Shown: positions 17,190-26,767, numbered from the stretch's first letter. The stretch: 38,808 nucleotides of DNA from an uncultured Frankiaceae bacterium (GCA_964395425.1 CAYNDD010000004.1:1-38808); one strand, 5' to 3'. A program made the numbers and translations. Notes: generated by a model not told the origin, from the letters alone.

Positions 17190-18124
17190 GCGACGCAGTG
17201 GTGGACACCACCGCGGCTGCACCCGCCGCAAAGACCGTGCCCGCACCCAAGCCGCGCCGGTTCATCGGCAACCCTTGGCGGCGGCCGGTGTTCCTCGAGG
17301 GCTTCACCTGGTTGTACGTCGCGTGGTCACTGCTGCCGATCGGGCTGGCCGTCCTCTTCTCGTTCAACAACGGCAAGTCGCAGAGCGTGTGGCAGGGCTT
17401 CTCGATGCGGTGGTACACCTCCGACCCGCTCAACTCCGTGCTGCACGACCCGATCCTCCATGCCGCAGTCGCGCAGACGTTGAAGCTCTCGCTCTACACG
17501 ACTGTGATCGCGGTGCCGCTCGGGGTTGCGTTCGCGATCGGTATCGATCGCTGGCGCACCCGCCCGGCGTCGGTGGCGAACTTCGTGATGGTGTTCTCGT
17601 TCGTGATCCCGGAGCTGATCTTCGGCGTCGCGTTGTTCTTTGTTTTCAACACGTTGTTCACCTCGGTCCACCTCGGCACGCTTGCCGAGACGCTCGGCTT
17701 GGTGACCTGGAACCTGAGCTGGCCGGCGATCATCGTGCGCGCCCGGCTGGTGTCGATCGGACGACAATACGAGGAGGCGGCCGCGGATCTCGGCGCGTCG
17801 AAGCTCGAGGCGGTCCGCCGGGTGCTGCTGCCGATGCTGGCGCCGGCGATCTTCGCCTCCGCCGTCCTGGTGTTCTCCGGCGTGATCGACGACTTCGTGT
17901 TGGTCGACCTGCTGTCGTCATCGGCGGCGACCCAGCCGATGTCGGTCATCATCTACTCGAACACCCACGGCGGGAACGGCGGCCCGGCGCTCAACGCGCT
18001 GGCCACGCTGATGCTGGTCTTCTCGTTCGTGGTGGCGGTGCTGGGCTACATCGGCTACCGCTGGATGACCCGCGGCGAGCGCGCCTCCCGCGAGGAGTCA
18101 TTGGCCAACTTCGCCGGCATCTGA
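17186..18124 (+). CDS. ABC transporter permease (PotC-like)
   Basis: 312 aa. It overlaps the upstream permease by 4 bp (ATGA). The EAA loop is YEEAAADLGASKLEAVRRVLLPML. No ATPase gene follows. Confidence 0.85.
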   Translation: MSDAVVDTTAAAPAAKTVPAPKPRRFIGNPWRRPVFLEGFTWLYVAWSLLPIGLAVLFSFNNGKSQSVWQGFSMRWYTSDPLNSVLHDPILHAAVAQTLKLSLYTTVIAVPLGVAFAIGIDRWRTRPASVANFVMVFSFVIPELIFGVALFFVFNTLFTSVHLGTLAETLGLVTWNLSWPAIIVRARLVSIGRQYEEAAADLGASKLEAVRRVLLPMLAPAIFASAVLVFSGVIDDFVLVDLLSSSAATQPMSVIIYSNTHGGNGGPALNALATLMLVFSFVVAVLGYIGYRWMTRGERASREESLANFAGI

Positions 18125-18160
18125 CCACCGCCCGCAATCGTCCAAATGGCAGACCGGTCG

Positions 18161-19543
18161 CTAGCGTCCCGCCCGGCGCGAGAGACGCAGGTCCGTGTAC
18201 AGCAGTTCGTAGCCAGGAGGAGCGGGCTCGTAGAAGGTGATTCGCGTTCCACCGGTGCTCGACGAGTCGTCGCGGGCGAGCAGGGCCGACTCGCCGATCG
18301 GCACCGCCCGGAGCTCGGAGACCTCCATCGTCGGCGGCACCAGACAGTTCTGCTGCTCGTCGAGGATCGGAGTGCTCCGCAGCACGAGGCCGCCATCGTC
18401 CGCCTCGATGTCAAGGCGAACGCCCTTCCTGAGGTACGTGCCGACAAAGGGCTGGAGGGCGACGTCACTCCGAGCGTCTCCCGACGCCACCGACGACGGA
18501 TACGGCTCCTTCGGCAGCAGGAACTCCTCCAGGTCCGCGAGCACTGTGCTGCCGAGGGAGCTGTTGACGAAGGCGATGGAAACCAGGTTGTCAGCGGGAG
18601 ACACGATCGCCTCGCACACTCCGCCGATAGAGCCGCCGCCGTGGGACAGCACGCGGCGGCCGTCTTCCCCGTGGTAACGCCACCCGAGGCCGAAACCCGA
18701 GCTCGGGCCGGTCGGGTCGGGGCTGGTCGGGGTCTGCATGGCCGCTGCCGCATCGGGGGTGAGGATCCGCGTGCCCTCGACGGATACGCCGCCGGCCAGA
18801 TGCATGCGCAGGAACCTGATGGTGTCCTCGACCGTGGTGATCAAGGTCGTCCCGGGCGCGGCCCACGCGCTGGGGTAGAGGAACTGCGGCGTCGCCTCGT
18901 ACGTACCGTCTTTCGTGGGGAAGCTGCCGACCGCGGTCCGGTACAACATGGCCTCACCGGCGGACAGGACGCTTCGCTCGAGGCCGAGCGGCTCGATGAC
19001 CCGTTCCTTGACCAACTCGTGAAAGTTCTTGCCGGTCACCCGCCGCAGGACCATTTCCATGACGATCCAGCCCACGTTGTTGTACGACGAGACGAGACCG
19101 GGCTCGGTCAGCTTGCCGGCCGACGCGATCGGCTCCAGGTAGTCCTCAACCCCGTCGGGGTAGTCGCGGCTGGCGGCGAAGAGGTCGCCGGTGTCGACAC
19201 CGCTGGAGTGGTTGAGGAGATGGCGGATCGTCAGCGTTCTGGCAACAGCAGGATCGGCACCGAACTGGATGTCGGGCGCGTAGGCGACGATCTTCTCGTC
19301 GAGGTCGAGCACGCCGTCGGCCACGAGAGTCATGACCACGGTCGTCACCCAGATCTTGGTGATGGAGCCGGTGATGAAGCCGGTGTCGACGGTCATCGGC
19401 TCACCTGTGTTCAGGTTGCGCACGCCGGCGGCCGCGGTCGCCAGCACGCCGTCCCGCCAGACCGCCGCGACCATCCCGGGGGCTGCGTGCTCGGCAGTCA
19501 GGCGCTCGACCTCCGCCTGTAGCTGCTCCGACGTCATGGCCAT
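18161..19543 (-). CDS. Beta-lactamase-fold serine hydrolase (class C / D-aminopeptidase / DD-peptidase-like) with an extra C-terminal domain
   Basis: 460 aa. Motifs are SxxK (GSITK), YxN (SYNNVGW) and HGG (LSHGGGSIGG). It is the last gene of the peptide-importer operon, and AAAGGAA precedes ATG 19543. Confidence 0.8.
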   Translation of the reverse strand: MAMTSEQLQAEVERLTAEHAAPGMVAAVWRDGVLATAAAGVRNLNTGEPMTVDTGFITGSITKIWVTTVVMTLVADGVLDLDEKIVAYAPDIQFGADPAVARTLTIRHLLNHSSGVDTGDLFAASRDYPDGVEDYLEPIASAGKLTEPGLVSSYNNVGWIVMEMVLRRVTGKNFHELVKERVIEPLGLERSVLSAGEAMLYRTAVGSFPTKDGTYEATPQFLYPSAWAAPGTTLITTVEDTIRFLRMHLAGGVSVEGTRILTPDAAAAMQTPTSPDPTGPSSGFGLGWRYHGEDGRRVLSHGGGSIGGVCEAIVSPADNLVSIAFVNSSLGSTVLADLEEFLLPKEPYPSSVASGDARSDVALQPFVGTYLRKGVRLDIEADDGGLVLRSTPILDEQQNCLVPPTMEVSELRAVPIGESALLARDDSSSTGGTRITFYEPAPPGYELLYTDLRLSRRAGR

Positions 19544-19545
19544 GC

Positions 19546-21429
19546 CTATTCCTTTCTTGTCAGCGCGCCGCTGCTCGCCACATGACCAGGTGGGCTCGAC
19601 GTCAACCAGGATTGATCGGCTCGAGGTACCGACTTCAGCAGGTCGACCGTGTAAGGGTCCTTGGGGCCGTCCAGCACCTGCTCGGTTGGACCGGACTCGA
19701 CGACACGACCACGGTGCATGACGTAGAGGTAGTCGGAGACCTGCCGCACGATCGACAGATCATGGGTGATGAACAGGTAGCCGAGGCCGCGGTCGACGTG
19801 CAGCCGACGGATGAGGTTCAGAATCTGAGCCTGGACGGAGACATCGAGCGCGGATACAGGCTCGTCACAGACCAGCAACCTCGGCTCCGTCGCGAGGGCC
19901 CGCGCGATCGCCACCCGTTGCCGCATCCCTCCGGAGAGCGCGACCGGGCGGAGCTCTGCATACGACTGCGGAAGGCCGACTTCGCTGAGCAGGTCTGCCA
20001 CCCGTTGACCGACGTTCCGCGCGCGGCGGGAGCGGGTGGTGATCGCCTCGGCGATGGTCCAGCCGATGCTTCGCATCGGATCCAGGCTCGAGTAGGGGTC
20101 CTGAAAGATGATCTGGACGCTGCCGCGAAGCTTCCGGAGATCGGCGCGACCCAGTGCCGACCAGTCCGTGGCGTCGACACCGTCGATCGTGATCGTGCCT
20201 GCCGAAGCGCGCTCGAGGCCGACGAGCAGGCGGGCGAGCGTGGTCTTGCCGGACCCGGACTCGCCGACGAGGCCGACGCACTCGTTCTCGCCGACGCTGA
20301 GCGACACCTCGTCCAATGCCCGGTGCGTCGTCCGGCCGGAGTGGACGAACTCCTTCGACACCGCTCTGACGTCGATGAGTCGGCTCGTCAAGCGATCCGG
20401 CTGCCGGGGTGCGGCACCCGCCACCGCCTGGCGCCGAACCGCGGCCAGCTCAGCTCGAATGGCCGGCAGTCGAACGCAGGCCGATTGACGGTCGCCCTCA
20501 ATGGTGGACAGCGACACCGGGCCGTTGCTGCAGATCTCCGTCGCCCACTGACAACGGTCCACAAACGGGCAGCGATTTGTTACGGCGTCCGGGTTCGGCA
20601 CCGCTCCTGGAATAGAGAACATCGTGGCCACGCGATGGTCCAGCGGAGGCTCGGACAGGAGCAACCCCTGGGTGTAAGGGTGCAACGGCTCCGCGTCGAG
20701 CTCAGCGGGCTTCCCCACCTCTACGACCGTGCCCGCGTAGAGGACGTAGATCCGATCGCACATCGCGAACGCCACCCGCAGGTCATGGGTGATCAGGACC
20801 AGGCCCATGCCCCTCGTCGCTTGGATTTGCTTGATCAGCGAAAGCGTCTCCCGCTGAGTCGTGACGTCGAGAGCCGTCGATGGTTCGTCGGCGATGAGGA
20901 TCTCCGGGTCGCGAGCGAGGGCGGCCGCAATACCCACCCGCTGTCGCATGCCGCCGGAGAGTTGGAAGGGATAGCGATCGGCGGCGGCCGGATCGTGGAT
21001 CCCGACTTCGGCCAGCCGGCGGAGGACCTCCGCGCGCCGTGCGTTGCGGTCGAGACGCCGCTGCGTTCGCAGTGACTCGCCGAGAATGCTTGCGCATCGC
21101 AGCACCGGGTTCAGCATCGTGAACGGGTCTTGCAGAATGAGGCCGATCTCCGTGCCCCGAACGCCTCGCCACGCGCGTTCGGTCAAGTCAAGAAGGTTTC
21201 GGTTCCGGTAGCGAATCTCGCCCGAGGCCGAGAGGCCGCGCGGAAGCAGCCCCGTGATGGCTCGTGCCGTCATGGACTTGCCGCTTCCCGACTCGCCGAC
21301 GATCCCAACCGACTCGCCCCTCGCCACCGCGAGGTTTACGCCCGAGACGATCGCTTCGAGGCGTCCTTCCCGGACGCGGTCGATGCGCAGGTCGACGACC
21401 TCGAGGGCATTCCCCGCGGTGTCGGTCAT
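19546..21429 (-). CDS. Fused double ABC ATPase (DppD-DppF type) of a peptide importer
   Basis: I call ATG 21429, which overlaps the upstream permease stop (ATGA). 627 aa. Two nucleotide-binding domains are present: GESGSGKS...LSGGMRQR...LIADEPSTALD and GESGSGKTT...LSGGMRQR...LVCDEPVSALD. The 951-aa ORF in the track is an out-of-context 5' extension. Confidence 0.9.
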   Translation of the reverse strand: MTDTAGNALEVVDLRIDRVREGRLEAIVSGVNLAVARGESVGIVGESGSGKSMTARAITGLLPRGLSASGEIRYRNRNLLDLTERAWRGVRGTEIGLILQDPFTMLNPVLRCASILGESLRTQRRLDRNARRAEVLRRLAEVGIHDPAAADRYPFQLSGGMRQRVGIAAALARDPEILIADEPSTALDVTTQRETLSLIKQIQATRGMGLVLITHDLRVAFAMCDRIYVLYAGTVVEVGKPAELDAEPLHPYTQGLLLSEPPLDHRVATMFSIPGAVPNPDAVTNRCPFVDRCQWATEICSNGPVSLSTIEGDRQSACVRLPAIRAELAAVRRQAVAGAAPRQPDRLTSRLIDVRAVSKEFVHSGRTTHRALDEVSLSVGENECVGLVGESGSGKTTLARLLVGLERASAGTITIDGVDATDWSALGRADLRKLRGSVQIIFQDPYSSLDPMRSIGWTIAEAITTRSRRARNVGQRVADLLSEVGLPQSYAELRPVALSGGMRQRVAIARALATEPRLLVCDEPVSALDVSVQAQILNLIRRLHVDRGLGYLFITHDLSIVRQVSDYLYVMHRGRVVESGPTEQVLDGPKDPYTVDLLKSVPRADQSWLTSSPPGHVASSGALTRKE

Positions 21430-22298
21430 CTGGTGGCTCCCCGGCCGGCCAGGCTCTCGTCCAGCCAGTCGCCGACCAGGTTCATCGCCGTCGCGGTGAG
21501 GGCGATCATGACGCCCGGGACGATCGTGGCGATCGGGTTGGCGAACAGCAGAGTCTCGTTCTCGGAGAGCATCAGCCCCCAGTCGGGCGTGCCTGGAGAA
21601 ACGCCGAGTCCGAGGAACGACAGGCCGGCGAGTGCCACGAGCGAGCTGGCGAAGACCAGGAAGGTGTTCGCGATCGCGATCGAGGAGATGTTCGGCCAGA
21701 TGTGCCTCACCACGATCCAGCGACCGGGAACGCCCAAGGTCTTGGCGGCCTCGACGTACGGACGGGGTACCTGTTCCAGCGTCGCGCCGCGGACGACTCG
21801 GGTGTCGAAGGGAACGGTGAGTATCACCAGCAGGGCGACCGCCCACCAGTAGCTGGCCCCGATCGCGCCGGCAACGACGATCACGACGAGCAACGTCGGA
21901 ATCGACCACATCAGATCGACCCAGCGCATGATGAGCGCATCGACCCGGCCGCCGTGGTAGCCGGCCAGCAACCCGAGGACGTTGCCGAGGGTGAAGGAGC
22001 CCAACGCGATTACGAGCGGCCCGAAGAAGGCGGTGCGGGCGCCGACGATGACCCTGGAGAAGACGTCGCGCCCGAGCGCGTCGGTGCCCAGCCAGTGAGC
22101 GCTCGACGGGTCCGCGCTGACCAGCGCCAGGTGCTGTGCCTGCGGGTCCTGCGGTGCGAGCAACGGGCCGAAGATCGCCATCACGACCACGGCCCCCACG
22201 AACAGGAAGCAGATGCTGACGACCAGGCCCAGCCGACGTCGACGAGAACGGACATCGTGGCGGGTCAGGTCCAGATGCCTCTCGATCACGGCGCTCAC
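21426..22298 (-). CDS. ABC peptide transporter permease (DppC-like)
   Basis: 290 aa, multi-TM. Its position is typical for family-5 peptide systems, and the EAA-type loop is YVEAAKTLGVPGRWIVVRHIWPN. Confidence 0.85.
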   Translation of the reverse strand: MSAVIERHLDLTRHDVRSRRRRLGLVVSICFLFVGAVVVMAIFGPLLAPQDPQAQHLALVSADPSSAHWLGTDALGRDVFSRVIVGARTAFFGPLVIALGSFTLGNVLGLLAGYHGGRVDALIMRWVDLMWSIPTLLVVIVVAGAIGASYWWAVALLVILTVPFDTRVVRGATLEQVPRPYVEAAKTLGVPGRWIVVRHIWPNISSIAIANTFLVFASSLVALAGLSFLGLGVSPGTPDWGLMLSENETLLFANPIATIVPGVMIALTATAMNLVGDWLDESLAGRGATR

Positions 22299-23264
22299 TT
22301 ATCGGCGCCCCAGCACGATCCGCGGGTCCACGAGCAGGTAGACGATGTCTGCGAGCAGGTTGGCCACCAGGATCACTACGGCGATCAGCAGCGAGATGCA
22401 CTGCAACATCGGAATGTCCTTCGCATTCGCAGATTGCACCAGCAGCTGACCGAGCCCCTGGACCGAGAAGGTCACCTCCACGAGGACGGCTCCCACGATG
22501 AGTGACGACAGCATCACTCCGCTGATCGTCACGATGGGGATGACGGCGTTCCTCAGCAGGTAGGCGAAGAAGATCCGGGTCGCCGAGAGACCTCGCGCCT
22601 TGGCGAAGACGACGTGATCCTGGTCGAGCACGCCGAGGAACGCGGCGCGCGTGTGCTTCACGACGAACGCCGTACCGGCCGCGGCCAGTGTCACCGCCGG
22701 CAGCGTCAGGTGCGCAAGAGTGCCGGCGAACCCGCTTCCCGCCCCGAAGACCGGGAACCAGCCCAGCCGGACGGCAAACACGTAGAGCAGCACCACCCCG
22801 GCAACGAAGCTCGGCGTCGACACGGACACGACCGAGACGCCGACGACCAACCGGTCGAGCAGGCCACCCCGGCGCATCGCGGCCAGGGCGCCAACCCCTA
22901 CGCCGATCACCACGACGAGTATGAAGGCGTAGACGCCGAGGAAGAGCGAGGTCGGCAACCGCGACCGGATCTCCTCGCTCACCGGCAACGAGGTCTGGGT
23001 CGAGCTGCCGAAGTTAAGCCGCGCGGCGTGTTCGAGCCAGATCCAGTACTGGTCGAGGAACGGCTTGTTGAGGTGGTACTGGTCGGTCAGCGCGCGTACG
23101 GTCGCCGGCGTGCGCGGCCGGTGACCGAGCAGGACGTCGACGGCATTGCCCGGCGCCAGGTACAGCAGTGAGAAAACGCCGAGCGAGACGATGACCACCA
23201 GGGCGACGAGCGCGATGAGCCGACGCCCGATGAGGGTCAGGATCAGGGTGCCGCGCTCGCTCAT
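22299..23264 (-). CDS. ABC peptide transporter permease (DppB-like)
   Basis: 321 aa, multi-TM. The loop sequence is VFAKARGLSATRIFFAYLLRNA. GAAGGAGG precedes ATG 23264. Confidence 0.85.
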   Translation of the reverse strand: MSERGTLILTLIGRRLIALVALVVIVSLGVFSLLYLAPGNAVDVLLGHRPRTPATVRALTDQYHLNKPFLDQYWIWLEHAARLNFGSSTQTSLPVSEEIRSRLPTSLFLGVYAFILVVVIGVGVGALAAMRRGGLLDRLVVGVSVVSVSTPSFVAGVVLLYVFAVRLGWFPVFGAGSGFAGTLAHLTLPAVTLAAAGTAFVVKHTRAAFLGVLDQDHVVFAKARGLSATRIFFAYLLRNAVIPIVTISGVMLSSLIVGAVLVEVTFSVQGLGQLLVQSANAKDIPMLQCISLLIAVVILVANLLADIVYLLVDPRIVLGRR

Positions 23265-23319
23265 GTACGCCTCCTTCAGCCGCCATCATGCGGCCTGAAG
23301 GTGTCGCGACGACACCGCC

Positions 23320-24909
23320 TCACCCAGCCGCCTTGATGCCCAGCGCCCAGGGCGCCTTGAGCTGCCAGGTACTGCTGAAGCTCGGCCAGGTGTACTTGCT
23401 CGACAGCGCCACGGTCGTCTCGCTGGCGAAGATCGGGATCAGGGGTGCCGCGTTGGCGTAGTCGATCAGCAGTTGCCGGTAGAGGCTCATGCGTTGCGCG
23501 GCGTCGGATGTTGCGAGCCCCTCCTTGACGATCTGATCGACCGCGGGCGTGCTCCAGTTGGTGGAGTTCCAGTTCCCCGCGGTGGCGTTCCAGCTGCCCA
23601 TCGCGTAGTCGAAGCCTTCACCCGGATCCAAGGACACCGCGCCGTAGGTGCTGAACCCGGACGGCACGGCCGCGCGGTTCTTGCCCAAGGACACGGTCGT
23701 GAGGGCGTCGGGCGAGACGGTCTTGAGCTTGGCGTGGATCCCGATGCGTTGTAGCTCGGCGACGATCGCCTGGCTGATGTTGACGTCGGCGGAGGTGCTA
23801 TCCGTCACCAGGGTCGCTGTGACACCGTTGGGGTAGGCGGACTGCTGCATCTCTGCCTTGGCTTTCGCCAGGTTGTAGGAGTAGGGCGGCACCGCACCGA
23901 GGACCTGCTGCACCTGTGCCTGGGAACCGACGGTTCCCAGCATCGCGGATGTGATCAACGTCGTCTGCGGCGCCGCGTATCCACCGTACGCATTGATCAG
24001 GGCCGGCTTGTCGAGCGCGTAGGCGACCGCTCGCCGGACGTGAACGTCGCTCCACGGCTTGTCCAGGACGTTCATCTCGAAGGTACCGACCACGGTGGCC
24101 CCTGGCACGGTGAGCAGCTTCGTCCCCGCGGTGGTGGCGAAAGCCGTGTTGTCCTGCGGGAAGGCGAGGTCGATGTCGCCGGCACGGAAGGCGAGGGCCT
24201 CGTCCGTCTCGCTGGTGAAGAACTTCCAGCTGATGTGACTGAACGGCGGCTGGCCGCCCCAGTAGTGCGGGTTGGCGGTCAGCTCGGCGCCGGTCGTCGG
24301 GTCGAGGCTGGTCAGCTGCCAGGGCCCCGTTCCGCTGACGCCGGTGCCTGGCTGCCCGAACGTGGACTTGTGTGCCTCGAAGAACCTCTTCTCGAAGATG
24401 CCGAGCTGGCTCGCGGCCGGCACCACTGCCCAGGAGCTGTCCGGCTTGCTCAGCGTGATTTGGACGGTGTTCGGGTCGGTCGCAGTGATGCTCTTCAGGT
24501 CCGAGGGGAAGTTGTACTGGTTCGCGGAACCCGTCTTGCGGTAGTAGTCGAGGGAGAACACGACGTCAGCGGCGGTGAGTGGGTCGCCGTCGGCGAACTT
24601 CACTCCCTGGCGGATGTTGTAGATGTAGGTGGTGGGCTTGGGGTGCGTCCAGGACCGGGCGAGCCAGGGGGTCAGGCTGTTGTTTGAGTTCAAGACGAGA
24701 AGCGGCTCGAGAACGAGGTCGCCCAGTCCCAACGCGTAGCCGGCGTTGGACTTGTCGTAGTTCAGGGTGGAGATCGCGGTCGATCCCACTCGCAGGGTCG
24801 CGCTCCCGGCCTTAGGAGAACCGGAGCTGGAGCTACTCCCTGAGCATCCGGTCAGGGCCATCCCGCTGGCGGCCACGACAGCGACGAACATGCCGATCTT
24901 GGTCTTCAC
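23320..24909 (-). CDS. Family-5 (DppA/OppA-like) peptide substrate-binding lipoprotein
   Basis: 529 aa. The lipoprotein signal is MKTKIGMFVAVVAASGMALTGCSGSSSSSGS. The GTG start at 24909 is preceded by GGAGAA. Confidence 0.85.
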   Translation of the reverse strand: MKTKIGMFVAVVAASGMALTGCSGSSSSSGSPKAGSATLRVGSTAISTLNYDKSNAGYALGLGDLVLEPLLVLNSNNSLTPWLARSWTHPKPTTYIYNIRQGVKFADGDPLTAADVVFSLDYYRKTGSANQYNFPSDLKSITATDPNTVQITLSKPDSSWAVVPAASQLGIFEKRFFEAHKSTFGQPGTGVSGTGPWQLTSLDPTTGAELTANPHYWGGQPPFSHISWKFFTSETDEALAFRAGDIDLAFPQDNTAFATTAGTKLLTVPGATVVGTFEMNVLDKPWSDVHVRRAVAYALDKPALINAYGGYAAPQTTLITSAMLGTVGSQAQVQQVLGAVPPYSYNLAKAKAEMQQSAYPNGVTATLVTDSTSADVNISQAIVAELQRIGIHAKLKTVSPDALTTVSLGKNRAAVPSGFSTYGAVSLDPGEGFDYAMGSWNATAGNWNSTNWSTPAVDQIVKEGLATSDAAQRMSLYRQLLIDYANAAPLIPIFASETTVALSSKYTWPSFSSTWQLKAPWALGIKAAG

Positions 24910-24984
24910 CCGGATTCTCCTTATTCGTGTGTCAGCGCATGGCGCCGTAGCGCTTGATAAGGGCTGGTTGGATCTCGCCTCTGC

Positions 24985-25941
24985 TCACGGCCACATCCGC
25001 TCGAACAGGCGTAGCCAGTTCGCCCCGAGCACGCCGTGGATCTCGGTGTCGGAGTAGCCGCGCGCGCTCATGCGTTCGGCGAGCGCATCGATGGTCCGCG
25101 CTGTCTCGATCCCGGCGGGGTAGTTCCACGGCGGTGGCGGATAGTTCTCCTTGGTCCACTCACCGGTGTCGATCATTTCCCGGTACTCGGCGTCGCTCAT
25201 TTCGCAGTAGTCCAGGCCGAGCCCGACGTGCCCGACCCCGACCAGGCTGTCGATGTGGACCATGTGGTCGATCAGGTTGTCCATGGTCGGAGCCGGATCA
25301 GCAGACACGAAGGCGGGGAACCCGTTCATGCCGATGAGCCCGCCACTCTCGGCGATGCCGCGGATGATGTCGTCGGGCAGGTTGCGGGGGTGCGGCTGCA
25401 CCGCATGGGCGTTGGAGTGCGAGGCGATGCACGGATCGCCTGATGCCGCCAGCGCGTCGGCGCATGAGCGCCACCCGGTGTGCGAGAGGTCGACCACCAT
25501 CCCCAACCGGTTCATCTCGGTGATGACCTCGCGGCCGAGCTTGCTGAGCCCGGCGTCGCTGGGCTCCTCGCAGCCGTCGCAGACCGGGCCGCGGCGGTTG
25601 TAGGCCAAGCCCATGATCCGAAGTCCAAGACGCCAGAACACCTCGACCAGGCCCGGGTCGTAGCCCAGCTCCTGCGTGCCTTGGAAGTGGAGCAACACCG
25701 CGAGCTGGCCGCTTGCGTGGGCGCGGCGGATGTCGTCGGCGCTCAGTGCCAGCACGAGCCGCGGGTCTTCACGGATGGTGCGGTACACCCCGGCCAAGCC
25801 GGTCATCGCCTGCGAGCCCGAGCCTGACCCGCCGACACTCAGCGCGCAGGCGGAGAAGCCGCCGTCGATCCAGTCCTGATATCTGGCTTGCCAGGTCTCA
25901 CCGGGACAGGTGCCGTCGATGATGAGTGCGTTGTGCACCAT
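24985..25941 (-). CDS. M19 (renal/membrane dipeptidase) family protein, atypical active site
   Basis: I call ATG 25941 (GAGGAG, 6-nt spacer). 318 aa. Family motifs are LAYNRRGPVCDG, GLSKLGREVITEMNRLGMVVDLSH, ASHSNAHAVQPHPRNLPDD and GLGLDY. The N-terminal DGHND motif is replaced by DGTCPG. Confidence 0.75.
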   Translation of the reverse strand: MVHNALIIDGTCPGETWQARYQDWIDGGFSACALSVGGSGSGSQAMTGLAGVYRTIREDPRLVLALSADDIRRAHASGQLAVLLHFQGTQELGYDPGLVEVFWRLGLRIMGLAYNRRGPVCDGCEEPSDAGLSKLGREVITEMNRLGMVVDLSHTGWRSCADALAASGDPCIASHSNAHAVQPHPRNLPDDIIRGIAESGGLIGMNGFPAFVSADPAPTMDNLIDHMVHIDSLVGVGHVGLGLDYCEMSDAEYREMIDTGEWTKENYPPPPWNYPAGIETARTIDALAERMSARGYSDTEIHGVLGANWLRLFERMWP

Positions 25942-25996
25942 CTCGGACTCCTCGTCAGCAGCCAGGTGAGGTGCGGCCACCTTGCGGCCGCCGTTA

Positions 25997-26016
25997 AGGT
26001 GTAATACCTTACACCT
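25997..26016. promoter_or_regulatory. Candidate GntR operator, AGGTGTAA-TACC-TTACACCT
   Basis: A perfect inverted repeat with 8-bp arms lies in the 143-bp divergent region between the dipeptidase and the GntR gene. It contains the GT...AC core typical of FadR/GntR operators. Confidence 0.5.
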
Positions 26017-26084
26017 CACATGTCAAGGTCGTAGTGCACGCTGTGATGACCCCGGTACCGCTTCGTCTGAGGGGGAGGTCGAGG

Positions 26085-26765
26085 ATGAGCACTCCACCAC
26101 CCACCGCGGAGTTGGTTGCGCCGGCGTACGTGCCGCTACGCGAGCAGTGTGGTCACGCACTCCGCGCGCTCATTGTCACCGGTGAGCTCCGAGCCGGTGA
26201 GCTGCACTCGATCGGCTCGCTCGCGGAGCGCCTCCGCGTCTCCATCACTCCGGTGCGCGAGGCACTGCTCGACTTGATGCGCGAAGACCTCGTCGAGATG
26301 GTCCGCAACCGCGGTTTCCGGGTCGCCACCCTGACCGATGAGGACCTCGACGAGCTGATGGAGCTTCGGCTCATGCTCGAAGTGCCCGCGATCAGACGCA
26401 TCGCTGCTCACCCTCCGGCGCAAGGCCTGTCCGAACTGCGGGCGGTCGTTGAGGAGACAACGGCGTGTGCGGTCGCCGGGGACATGGTCGGATTCGTTGC
26501 CCGCGACCGCGATCTTCACCTCGCGATCTTGGAACTGGTTGGCAACCATCGGCTGGTGCGCACGGTGGGGCTGCTCCGTGACCAAACCCGGCTGTACGGC
26601 CTGCAACAGATCACGGGTAGTCACGAGTTCCTCGACTCCGCCGCAGAGCACGGCCAACTGCTGGACCTCATCGAGGGCGGGAAAGCCGATGAAGCAGCAG
26701 ACCTGATGCGTCGCCACTTGGAGCACACGCGTGGGCTCTGGGCCGGCCGCGGAGAACGGGACTGA
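26085..26765 (+). CDS. GntR-family (FadR/FCD-type) transcriptional regulator
   Basis: ATG 26085 follows GGGGGAGG (26071-26078). 226 aa. The winged-HTH is LHSIGSLAERLRVSITPVREALLDLMREDLVEMVRNRGFRVA. The C-terminal all-helical domain is FCD-like. Confidence 0.85.
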   Translation: MSTPPPTAELVAPAYVPLREQCGHALRALIVTGELRAGELHSIGSLAERLRVSITPVREALLDLMREDLVEMVRNRGFRVATLTDEDLDELMELRLMLEVPAIRRIAAHPPAQGLSELRAVVEETTACAVAGDMVGFVARDRDLHLAILELVGNHRLVRTVGLLRDQTRLYGLQQITGSHEFLDSAAEHGQLLDLIEGGKADEAADLMRRHLEHTRGLWAGRGERD

Positions 26766-26767
26766 CG

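Noticed and set aside
19546-22401. 951-aa ORF, which could be read as a giant ABC protein.
   Set aside because: Its first ~324 codons are Arg/Pro/Gly-rich and overlap the DppC-like permease, which lies in another frame. A proper ATG at 21429 overlaps the permease stop (ATGA) and gives a normal 627-aa double ATPase.
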